NCBI GenBank assembly: GCA_964106645.2
Contig: OZ067044.1
Direction: 5' to 3' (one strand)
Origin: Podarcis pityusensis
Lineage: Eukaryota
DNA: 64,000 bases
Part shown: positions 12,400 through 23,697 of the stretch, piece by piece
Layout of the letters: each line of letters opens with the position of its first letter
Numbering within the stretch: position 1 is the stretch's first letter
Made by a program: the position numbers and the translations under genes
Notes under the pieces: generated by a model
Told to the model about the DNA's origin: nothing
Database searches by the model: none
The model's input: the letters and a program-made list of their open reading frames with translations, nothing else

Positions 12400-12615
12400 T
12401 TTGCACCCTCCTGCTTAACAGCTGTTAAGGGGGACAGTCTGATTCTGCACATTGCTGCTCCTTTGAAAGCGCCTTCATTGTGAGCATTCACAATGCAGCT
12501 TTGCTTGTATGCAGGGAAGCTGCTCTCAAAAGAGCAGTACAATGCAGGATTGGATCTTCCCACTTAGCAGCTGCTAAACAAGGGAATCTGATCCCGTGTG
12601 GTGCTGGTGCACCCC
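12400..12615. mobile_element. Degenerate foldback element (probable MITE)
   Basis: 12426-12476 matches the reverse complement of 12515-12566; each arm carries a CAGCTG-centred perfect palindrome. Confidence 0.55.
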
Positions 12616-13278
12616 TTCCCAATTGTATTTTCAAACAGTATGTTAAAATAGGGTTTTAACGGATCTGGGATGGGACAGGTGGCCCTGGATGTATGGGATA
12701 GTGTCTGTGTGCAGCTCTAGTAGCCAGTCATTTTAATGATGGTTCTCTATTGTTGTATACCACTCTGATGTTTTTTGAGATGGTGGTATAATGAATGAAA
12801 CCCACAAATAAATGAATAAAATGATGTGTTTTATTGATTCCATTGCATGATATACCTGCTCTAGTGAATATACCAGGGATGGAAGGCATCTGTTTTTAGT
12901 GGGAGCAAACAGGCCTGGGCTCAGGGCTTTGCCTGGAAGGCCAATGAGTAATTGGCTTTGGTGCAGAGAAGAAAACAAGCAGCTTCTCTTGCAGATCAGA
13001 ATGTTCCTTTGAAGTGAAGGGAGACTCGGGGAATAAATTGTCACTTGCTTGCTTTGTTTCCAGAATTGCATCACTATGTATTATCTTCCACTTTGGGCAG
13101 GCTGTACTTGCACATCAGAGTCCTTATGTATAATTTCAGGATGATATCCATACACCCTGTGAAGAGGATGCTCTAGTTTTGCAGTGATGCGCCAGAAAGA
13201 AGTATAATCCCCTCTAAATAAGTAGACACTTGTTAAGTCTTGCTGCTGTTAACAGAGCTGTATACAAGTTCAGTGTTT

Positions 13279-13344
13279 GTTGTGTTGTTTAGTCGTTTAG
13301 TTGTGTCCGGCCCCTTGTGACCCCATGGACCAGAGCACGCCAGG
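13279..13344 (-). mobile_element. Very short BovB 3'-terminal insertion
   Basis: Reverse complement of the 3' end of the copy at 17030-17096; flanked by CAAG(T/A)TCAGTGTTT at 13265-13278 and 13345-13358. Confidence 0.85.
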
Positions 13345-14371
13345 CAAGATCAGTGTTTAGATTATACCAAAAGATGTCTTTTAGATTTCTTACGTACTCA
13401 TGTGCCGTTCAAACTGGGAAAAAACAAACCTGCATTCTGAACGTTTAACTACAGGCATTTCAACTCCTCCACTTGTCACTATGTGATGCATGTCCATAAG
13501 TAACTTTAGGCTACAGCATCATTCCCAGCGTTTCATTATCTTCCCTTCCCCACCCCCACCTGAAACCAGCTTCTCCATTACTTCTTTGACAGACAGATGA
13601 GGCTGTTATCAGAAGTAGCAGATGGCTGAATGAGTCTGTTTTTGAGTTTTCAGTTATATACTTGGAGACCATTTCTTAAAAATATTGTAGAAATGTTATA
13701 TTACAGTACAATTGTGTTGGAGGCAAGGAAAAGATAGATATGTAGAAAGGAGAATTCTTGCATGCCAAGTTGCAAGTTTGGGGCAAGCACTCTTTGGCAA
13801 GAGAATCCCAGCAAATATTCAAAATAACAAAATATGTGGTAATGTAAAGTGTGGAAATATAGGCTATTAGGGCCTGTAAAATATGCCATTATGAGTTCCA
13901 AAATATTCCCCACTTTCCCAAGCATTGAAAAAGACCACGTTTGGTAAGCTAAAAAGACATTGGTACATTGATCAAGGATGGAAGCAAGGAGGGAGGGGCA
14001 TGTGTGCTTGATGTTCATTCCTGACTTGCTGAATGATGGTTACTATCTGTGGTCAAACTGGGTCAATTTCTATAATACCATATGCTATAGGGAGTAAAAG
14101 GGACAAACAGTAGGCCTCTCATAGCCAATGCAATGAATAGTCTCCCTTTTTTTAAAAAAAAATCAGATTGCAGAAGCAAGCAAGACAAGGTACATGTTGC
14201 TGGGAAACACAACATACATTTTATAAAACGCACATTAAGCAAAACGAGAGTACCGTCATGCAGCCACACCTGAATCATTTTAAGGTAGGAAAGAACAAGA
14301 AACAAATCCCCACACAACACTTGGAAATATGAAGCGTGTGGATTTTCGAATAGGCCTAAAATAAACTGATT

Positions 14372-14703
14372 GCTTGTTGTCTTTGTCCACGGAGTTTTCT
14401 TGGCAGGGATACTGGAGTGCCTTGCCGGTTCCTGCTCCAGGTGGATCACATTTGGTCAAAACTCTCCACTATGATCTGTCCATCTTGGGTGGCCCTGCAC
14501 AGCATAGCTCATAGCTTCTCTGAGTTATTCAAGCCCCTTCACCACGGCAAGGCAGTGATCCAAGAAGAATTGATGCTTTTGAATTATGGTGCTGGAGGAG
14601 ACTCTTGAGAGTCCCGTGGACTGCAAGAAGATCAAACCTTTCCATTCTTAAGGAAATCAGCCCTGAGTGCTCACTGGAAGGACAGATCCTGAAGCTGAGG
14701 CTC
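14372..14703. mobile_element. Rearranged BovB piece: 5'-region segment on - strand fused to 3'-region segment on + strand
   Basis: 14372-14561 is the reverse complement of BovB 5'-region sequence (GGGCCACCCAAGA.GGAC...GTGGAGAGTT.TGAC). 14564-14703 is BovB 3'-region sequence (GAATTGATGCTTTTGAA.TATGGTGCTGGAG.AGACTCTTGAGAGTCCC). Confidence 0.75.
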
Positions 14704-16820
14704 TAATTTGGTATTTGCCTCCAATTTGGTAGACCTAATACACTTCAGAGAGGCTTCTGTGTCTGTAAATGTCATCCTCTTTGGACGAAAGGCGAGAAAG
14801 TTACAACCAATTTAGAATTCCCATGATAGTGAAAGGGGAACCCAGAGTTTTAAGTGACTCAAAATCCAAAATACACACACAGAGAGCATACATAATTATT
14901 CAAAAACAGATTGGTTGTTTTTTTTAATGCACAGATCCAAATATAAGGGAATTTTTCAGGCTGGTGAACCCTCCTAATATTCAGATTTAGATCACTGTGC
15001 CTCAGGGTTCAATGGATTTTTGCAGGATATTGGTAATGTTTACTCTCAGTATCATTTTTTGTGTGGGCATTGTATAAAAAAGTCCCAACAATGTTCAGCC
15101 CACTGCCTATACTGCTATCTTTTAAAATTGATATGTTGAAGATCTGTCCCAAGTGATGAGAATTTCTCATGCTAGATATCCTATGAGCAATTCATGGATC
15201 CTGGACCCACAAACATTGCTGAAAACTTGGTACTGTCTTATGGAAACAATTATTTGTTTTAAAATACCGATATAAAAATAGGCATTACAATATATTTTTA
15301 ACATGTGTGGTATTATAGTGACATATAAATCTACAAAAAAAAACTTGTGATAGATTTTTATACATTTGTGTAGGTTTATGTAAATGTGTATGGTATATTT
15401 GTGTCTTGCTAATATATTGTGGTTTTGCAAAAAGCTGTATCTGAATAAAAAAAGTTACATTGCTGTTTTCTTGCTCCTGTTATTTGCTAGACATATTATT
15501 CTAGGGCTTAGATTCCCAGTCCAAGGAATTTCATTTGGTGCAGTGTTGTATCTCCCACTGCAAAAAATAATTCATATCTACAAAACAAAAAAGAAACTGG
15601 AAAATGGTTTATAAATGTTCTATGGTGTTTGGCAGCTGGTCTCTTGTGATTAGTAAAATGTATTTCCCCATGATCATGCAGTGAACATGGCAAGATGTTT
15701 TTACACCTTCATTAATGCAATACAATTCTCGATCAACTGGATATGAAAATGGGTATGTTATACTCACCCCATGTCTCTGAGTAATGAGAAGTTCCGGAGG
15801 TGCAGTTCTTACCCAGGTTTGGCTCTCTTTTGAAGTGGGAGGCGGTGCTGCATCAGAACAGCAGAGCCATTAAATGTTTAAAGATTCCCTACCCCCTTCC
15901 AAGGATCCCAGTATGGATCTGAGCCTCCACACCTGTGATTTGTTTAGAAAGCCATTTGCTCAATTGCTGAATTGTGTGCTGGCATTAAGTGTAGCTTGGC
16001 CCTATGATTTTTAACTAAACTAATATAGAACCATGCATTATTTGTTGCTACAAATACCACTTACAGAAACATGGGATTTTTTTTATTTTTAAGTTGTAAT
16101 TGAAAACGACTTCAGAAAAAAGTATAGCAATTTCAACTTCTTCAATTACTGTGAAATATTATCTTCATAGATCTTGCCCTGAAGCCTCTGGTGAGTTTTG
16201 TTTTGTTTTGTTTTGTTATAAAAAGCAATAGCTAGAAAGAGCATTTCTTCCATTTTTGCTGTCATCACAGTTATTGCATCTTTTTGCTTATCAGACAAGA
16301 AACACAGCTTGGAATTGAGGTAGCTTCTTCCCATCAGGTATGTCTGTATTGTTCCAGTGAAAGGTGAGCAATTACATTGTGGAGATCAGAATACTAAAGT
16401 CAGGCAAAGAAAACAGATGTTATTTAATAGGCAAGATTAAGCGATCAAAACAAGTCATGTGAAAGATCCAGGATGAATTCACATTACTGGCTGATAATTC
16501 AGTAAATCTGTGTTTTGTTTTGTTTTGTTTTTGAGGTTGGCTGTAATCTGGATATATGCTGCTTATCTCATTGAGCTCCACCCAAATTTCATGAGGGGGC
16601 AATTGAAACTCATCTTGTGACTGGAGAAAAAAGAGTGGTGTGAATTCACTCTAAAGCTATGCATGCTTACCTGCGAGAAAGCCCCACTGAACACAAATGA
16701 GTTTACTTCCTAGTAAACATGCAAGGGGCTGCACTCTAAAGCAGAAATCCTTTGCATGCTTATTTTGAAGTACCGTAATTCTCATTGAAAACAATGGTAT
16801 TTGTTTCTAAGTAAACATAC

Positions 16821-17096
16821 GTGCTCACTGGAAGGACAGATCGTGAAGCTGAGGCTCCAGTACTTTGGCCACCTCATGAGAAGAGAAGACTCCCTGGAAA
16901 AGACCCTGATGTTGGGAAAGATTGAGGGCACAAGGAGAAGGGGACGACAGAGGACGAGATGGTTGGACAGTGTTCTCGAAGCTACAAACATGAGTTTGAC
17001 CAAACTGCGGGAGGAGGTAGAAGACAGGAGTGCCTGGCATGCTCTGGTCCATGGGGTCACGAAGAGTCGGACACGACTAAACGACTAAACAACAAC
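16821..17096 (+). mobile_element. BovB (RTE) LINE 3' fragment
   Basis: LQYFGHLMRREDSLEKTLMLGKIEG..RRGRQR.RWLD and the typical end CATGGGGTCACGAAGAGTCGGACACGACT + (CAA)n; TSD AAACATAC at 16813-16820 and 17097-17104. Confidence 0.93.
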
Positions 17097-18436
17097 AAAC
17101 ATACATACTTAGGATTGCTCTATAATTCTATTGCTCATATGACCTGCTTCTTGTATCAGTCAGTTCAGACTAGTATATCTGGTCTAATTGAAGTACTGTA
17201 CAACCATTGGTTTCATTTTTGCATATGTGAATCTGAAATTTTGTGCAAGGCAAACTCTGAGTTCAGGTGAAGGGCAAGCTGAAAAGGGAGGTAGGATTTG
17301 GGTCATGGGCATAATAGGATCTTAGGTAACAGCCTACCAAAAATGTCACTAAGAGCCAGCCATTTAATAAAAGCAGGACAGTAAAAGTTCTAAAAAAGAC
17401 TCAAAGTGTCAATCAAATGGAGAAAGTAACAATTTCCTAAAAATACAAAGAGGCACTTCTGAAATGTCATTACAGATAAGGACAGGGGTTATTGCTTTCA
17501 GTGGTACAATTTTTGGACTCGAGCAATTTTGAGTGAATTCATCAATTCCATTGAATTCCCCACTTACTTATTTGGCAAGTCCAGTTTGTTAAAGCAGGAA
17601 TGCCAGAGCAGCCTTCGGGGTGGTCCCATCCATTGCATGAACCTTTTGCTTCCATCAGGAACATATTCTATTGACAGCGTGTTTTATTGCAGCAGTAGAG
17701 AATGGGTGAGGTGAGGACAGGTATCAGAAAGGAAGTTTCATCTAAACATTTTCTCAATTCATGTGGACTGCTTAATTAGCATTCTCTACTGCTAATAGGC
17801 ATCATGGCCCCTCCAAATGGGTCTGCATTTGAGGCCATGGCAAGGTTGTGTAGAGCTCCTGAAAAGGGGGAACTTATTTTTAGCTGAACACTCAGACTCT
17901 TCAGAAGTCAGTGCTTCCTTTAGACATCTGAATCCTTTCTCTCTGCAGGTGAAGATGGTGACACACAGATGGAACTCATTACCTACAGTGCCACACGCTG
18001 CTCAGGAGGAATTTAATGAGAGCTGAGGAAAGTGGCTCAGACATTTACCACTGTCTTCCATCAGTGATCATCAAGACAACTGTGGGCGGTATGACAGGCA
18101 GCCCCTGTATCAGCAAGGGGATTTGCATACCGGGGATGGCAGTGTCTCCTTCCTAAAAAGGGCTAAGCAATCAAAGGAAGCTCGCCTGTCACTGAGACTA
18201 GAAAGCCAAGTATGGCAATAGCATTAGCAGGCTCCAAGGGAAATGGGCACCTACATGTAATCTTCCTTAAAATAATCTGTTACGAATGGAAGGTGTTATT
18301 TTGATGATATGGCTACCTGAATGCCTCTATAAAATAATTCTAATTCAATTTTTGTTTCAGGGAAGCAGGGGCTGGATTGTCCTCAAAGGGAACAATAATG
18401 TTTTTCTTTTAGCAAAACCACCTCTATACTGCTTAA

Positions 18437-18818
18437 AGGTAAAGGTAAAGGTACCCCTGACCGTTAGGTCCAGTCGCGGACGACTCTGGGGTTGCGCGCT
18501 CATCTCGCTCTATAGGCCGAGGGAGCTGGCGTTTGTCCGCAGACAGCTTCCGGGTCATGTGGCCAGCATGACTAAGCCGCTTCTGGCGAACCAGAGCAGC
18601 ATGCAGAAACGCCGTTTACCTTCCCGCCAGAGTGGTACCTATTTATCTACTTGCACTTGACGTGCTTTTGAACTAGGAGCTTGCACTTGACGTGCTTTCG
18701 AACTAGGAGCTGGGACCGAACAACAGGAGCTCACCCCGTCACAGGGATTCAAGCCATTGACCTTCTGATTGGCAAGCCCTAGGCTCTGTGGTTTAGACCA
18801 CAATGCCACCTGTGTCCC
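18437..18818 (-). mobile_element. Sauria SINE, full length
   Basis: (TAAAGG)n tail on the + strand, characteristic body (CAGCTTCCGGGTCATGTGGCCAGCATGACT...GGTACCTATTTATCTAC), tRNA-like head at the right end; 13-bp TSD CTATACTGCTTAA at 18424-18436 and 18819-18831. Confidence 0.93.
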
Positions 18819-19789
18819 CTATACTGCTTAATATAGTATAAATATCTCTAAGCAATGTGCAGAACACTGAAGCAACAACAGACAACTTGAACAAAATATT
18901 ACTAAAATACAGGTACCTAGATCCCCCCCCCATTAATACAAAGTTACTGATAAATATAAATCAATATCAATTCATTTTCCTTCTGACACACCCTCCCTCT
19001 CAGCCACTGGGTTCTCATCCATGGTTCAACAAACTCACCCACAAAAGTCTCCCAACAAGAATACTTTTCTAGAAACAGCGGACATCACCTTAGTCTTTCA
19101 CTCTAGACTGGCTTTTTATGGGCAGTCCCAAGGTGGATGGTACTTCCTCAGGGTGCACCCAGCTGTGCCCCATTCAGCTGCACACTCCACACCCAGTTCC
19201 AGGTACAGCAGATTTGTTCATTTTCCTAGGGGGTCCAAAGGATGGGAAGAGGATTAAAACAACCAGTACTGAGATGGGTTTTAGAAAGGGGTGGGATGGG
19301 GGGCAAAGAGAGATATACATTTTAATGTACTTTGATCACATCCCAAAACACACATTATTTTCTGCTCTTTGGCCTCCCTTGATGCACCGGAGCACAATTT
19401 TTCTCTTAATTCACATGAATCAGAACTAGAGACACAGAAAAGTATCAGAGCAACACAAATCCTGCATGTTTTGGACTCTGCATGCTGCGCCACAAAATTC
19501 ACTTTGATCAGTAAAATCTGGTTGGAACAAAACAATAGCTATGCCCCAGGTGTGGTAATGTCACCAGAACACTGAGAGGACACAGTGTCATGTAGGCATA
19601 GCAGCCAATTTGTCCAGTCTCAGTGCTTACTTAGCTGTGCAGCGACTCATTAGATGAGGCATATATACGACTCTAGTGTGATGTGGCTTTCCTAGTGTGA
19701 CAGGCAGAAAGCAAAACCACTGCAGTAGCGTATGCTGCTACATTACTACCAACATCAGAAACTTTGAGTAGGAAAAGAATGTGCTGTAG

Positions 19790-19791
<2 letters not shown>

Positions 19792-19837
<46 letters not shown>
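19792..19837. repeat. (TA)n(CA)n compound microsatellite
   Basis: Directly visible. Confidence 0.97.
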
Positions 19838-20989
19838 TGAGCAATGGGAGGTTGGTTTTAATGAAGACTCATTTATCTAACTGCAGCTTCAAATTGGATT
19901 TGCCTTATCACCTGCCATCTCCCCGTTCCTTGCCCCCACTGTTTGACATTAAAACTGCATTCATCACCTCACTTACCTGGAAGTAAGCACCATTAAAATC
20001 AATCAGATTTGTTTTATTTTGGGTAAAGGGAGATAGCAGCTGGATTACAGGAATGCAGGAGTTTAACTTTTATTTTAGATCTGATTTTATTGAATACTTT
20101 AATAAATGGTCACATGCCCCAAACTTTTAGTATGGGAACAAAAGGCAAGAGAGAAGAAATGAACAGAATCACTTCCTGAAATACCTCCTTTCTTTTTAAT
20201 CTTTCCTTCCTCTCTTCCCAAAGGAACTCATCAGGCCTTCGTGACAACATTCATCCCTCTAGTGTCTCCATTATACCAGTCTGATTCACCCATGACTATT
20301 ACAGGCTCTTGCCTATATGGATTCCCTATTCATCTTGTCTCCTCTTAAGACTGGATAGAACCTTTAAAAGATTTATGTGCCACCCAGACCTTGTGCCCTC
20401 TGTTCCCTAATAATCTTTACACCATCCATGGAGCGTTTCAATGTTAAAGAATGAAAGCCACTCTATGATTATTCTACTAGGTGCTGAGATGTTTACTGAG
20501 TCTTGCATAGAAAATCTGGCTTATTAAAGCGATTGGAAGCTGTGTGCCACCAGCAGTGCAGCTTGAGGACTTGTGCAGCTGTGGAAGCGATCCTATGTCC
20601 ATTTATCTAGGTTTAATACCATGGAACTCAATGGGTTTAACCCCTGAGTACACACTGTAAGTTTCACTGATTTCAATAAAACTTGTCTGCATCACTTTCC
20701 TTTAAACTGGGGGTGGGGATTCCAAGACCCTATAAATGTTGTTGCCCCATCAGCATGAGGCAGGGTAGATGGTCAGGGATGATGGAAGTTGGAGTCCAGC
20801 AGCATCTGGAAAGCTGCAGTTTAACCATCCTGCCTTAAAATCTTTAATGTGTATCTAGAAGATGAATCCTTGAATCCTTGAAGGTTGCTTAGAATTTACA
20901 TTGTCTTTTGCATATGGAAAGAATGTATTTTGTTGCAAATCCTGATGAATTCTAGTGCTCTCTAAGAATAAAGTCTGAACAAAAGACAC

Positions 20990-21126
20990 TGGATAGCTCA
21001 GCGGGTAAAAGTGTGGTGCTGATAGCTGCAGGTTTGATTCCTGTACGGGACGGCTGCATATTCCTTCATTGCAGGGGGTTGAACTAGATGATCCTCAAGG
21101 TCCCTTCCAACTCTGTGATTTTATGA
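20990..21126 (+). mobile_element. tRNA-derived SINE with CR1-type 3' tail
   Basis: A box TAGCTCAGCGG, B box GGTTTGATTCC, then GGGTTGAACTAGATGATCCTCAAGGTCCCTTCCAACTC..TGATT.TATGA (CR1 3' terminus). Confidence 0.8.
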
Positions 21127-21467
21127 GAAAACACCCTAGTGCTGGTCTGGCATTAGCACATAGTACTGTTGGGCATCTTCTGATGCCGCAGAGCTCCTGA
21201 AGGTCCCAAAATGATGCCTGCCTTCTGTGCTCCTTGATATGGGAGACTCCATATTAAATCCCCACATTGCCCCAGTGTAGTACCACAGGCATTTCCCAAA
21301 CCCAAATGCTTTTCAAAGGACAGGCATCATCTAGATGAAATTAAAATGGTGGTACCTAGACCTAATTGTTGGGCAATACCACCAGGTGAGCAAGAGGAAG
21401 AGGGACAGTCTGTTAGAAGCCGGTTTGCTACGAGCCCAGTCTCCTCTGTCTTTGGGAAGAATGGCCA

Positions 21468-21503
<36 letters not shown>

Positions 21504-21560
21504 TTTTTATTTATACCCCACCCTCCCCAGCCAAGGCCGGGCTCAGAGCGGCTTACAAGC
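21468..21560 (-). mobile_element. L2-type 3' tail with (AAT)12 microsatellite
   Basis: (AAT)12 at 21468-21503, then TTTATACCCCACCC..GGGCTCAGAGCGGCTTACA. Confidence 0.6.
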
Positions 21561-21575
21561 AATATGGTTTATATT

Positions 21576-21900
21576 AGGGATGGGCAACCTTTTTTCAATC
21601 TGAAGGCTGCATTCCCTTCTGGGCAACCTTCTGAAGGCTACATATGTCAATGCTTGGCAGGGCCAGATGCTAAAGTTCATGGAGAAGCAAATGGAGACTA
21701 GTTTCTGTACACTTACGCACTCCCCTCTATCAGGCAAACAAAGGGCATTATCTGAGTTCAATGACACCTTTGACCCAGGCAAAAGTGCTTGGGGTGTGAA
21801 GCAGGGTCAGTGAGGAGTGTGGCCTGAGGAGATTTCTGCTGCTAAAGAGAGAGACCTGGTGGGATGCATTCAGCCCCCAGACCTGAGGTTCCTCATCTGC
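21576..21900. mobile_element. hAT-like non-autonomous DNA transposon
   Basis: Degenerate TIRs AGGGATGGGCAACCT ... AGGTTCCTCATCTG, with subterminal GGCTGCATTC / GGATGCATTC. Confidence 0.5.
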
Positions 21901-23372
21901 TTTATATATTTGCATCTGGAGAGGCCCTTGGCATGTCCTTGGAAATTCAACCAGCTTCTATTCCAAAACCAAATAAAAAGCACCAGGTAACTTTGCTCCA
22001 ATTCAGTTAATGAGAAAATGCTTATGATGCCCCCCTCTCATTTTACAAGAGTCATTAAACTTAAGAGTGTCATATAAACGGAATGACCAGTTACAGGGGA
22101 TGCAGTCTACATAGAGGAGAGTTTCTTTCCATTCTCACAGAACTCAAGGCTCTCCTCTATGTGCTCTTGTCTCTGCCTGCTACTTTTGGGACTCTTCTCC
22201 TGCATCTGCAGTCCTTTTCTAAATAAAATTTTATTTTGATCAATATGTCTTTATAGAGTGCTTTGCAAAGACATGCTGAATTATTAAGCTGTGAATGTAA
22301 TGTTCTTTCATCCACTTTAGTACCTTTGTCACAGCCCCAGACTTCAAAGCTCCTCTGTGATAATGAGCTTTTTTTCTCTTCCTTGCGTCTACATTTAATA
22401 TATTTTCTGTTGTTAAAACTGCATCCCCACATGAAATTATTTTCCAAATCCCTGTACTTATGTTTGATGTCAGCATCTACAGAGCAGTTTCCCCCTTTTT
22501 TCCTACTGTTCCCCCTTCACCCCCCACCCCTTTGGAGATATGCATTTCCTCTTCTTTAATTCACTTTATGCTTCTATTCCCCCCCCCCCCTTTCCTATTT
22601 TTAATTGAGAGATGCATTTTCATTCATTACATTGTTTCAATCTGATTTTTAAATGACTGACTTTCTGCCTTTGAAACTCTTCTTTCAAGGTTTCTGGCTC
22701 ATTTTGAAAGCTTACTTCCAAGACAGTTCTGCGGAAGAATTAGGCTTTTTGAGTTTCTCTTTTGTTAACAGCAGATCAAGCGTTCCTTGGAACTTGGCGT
22801 GACCTTTTCCAACTTTTGATGTTTTTTATATTTCTGAGGTTAGCTGCCTTCATATCTCTGCTTCAACAGGGAGCTTAGATCAGTAAGAATTAGCAGGGGA
22901 TTGAAGTGGTATTTTCCCCACCCCTTCTGATCAACAGCCTAGATACTATAGCTTTATTTTTCACCTGTAATGCTTCCATGCTATATGGCAGATTTTGTAG
23001 CTTATATTCTCAGTTAAAAATAAAATAAAATTCCACATTCTATGTTGTTTTAAAACTCACAAGGTCAGGCACTGTCATCGTTCATATTCATCTGACTGAA
23101 GAGTACAGCATGTTGCTCTTTGGGGAATGTTTCCTTTTAAATGCAATGCCGAGATTGTTCCATGCATCCCTCCCCCCTCATGCAAAACAAAACCTCCCCA
23201 TATTCCTGGGGCAATATTTCAAGAGAAAGTATACACTGGGAATGGGCCTGCTATAGTCTGCTTTACACTTGGCCCCTGGACCAATGATAAGACAGTTAGC
23301 TCAATTTCCTGGCTCTCCCTTGAACAATAGAACTTGCAGGTTTGTCTGTTCCTGCAACGAAAAATGTGATGG

Positions 23373-23697
23373 TGTTATGTACTGAGTTGAATAGGATCCA
23401 AAATGCAGCAGTCTGATTGGTCCTAGAACAATAGGATTCAGAATACAGCAGTCTGATTGGTCCTAGAACAATGCAGCAGTATGATTGGTCTGCAGGAGCC
23501 ACCAATCCAGCTCCAGATGGAAGTGAATCCACAACCTGATTGGCCTACAGGAGAATTCCGGAATTAGCCAATCACGTGCAGCCCATTGTGTAAATAATAT
23601 ATATAAAGCAGATACTTTGAGGGGACTTTCATTCCTCCTCACCACTATGAGCTGAATAAAGAGCATGAAATCCGCTCTCAACTCTGAGTATATTTCA
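23373..23697 (+). mobile_element. Solo LTR (325 bp) of an LTR retrotransposon
   Basis: TG...CA termini; exact 5-bp TSD GATGG (23368-23372 and 23698-23702); repeated CCAAT boxes, TATATATAAA at ~23618 and AATAAA at 23655-23660. Confidence 0.88.

Noticed and set aside
20990-21060. Possible tRNA gene
   Set aside because: A and B boxes are present but there is no complete cloverleaf, and it runs into a CR1-type tail, so it is a SINE head.
23400-23495. Short direct repeats with spacers, superficially CRISPR-like
   Set aside because: Vertebrate DNA, only 2-3 units with irregular spacing, and located inside a TSD-bounded LTR.
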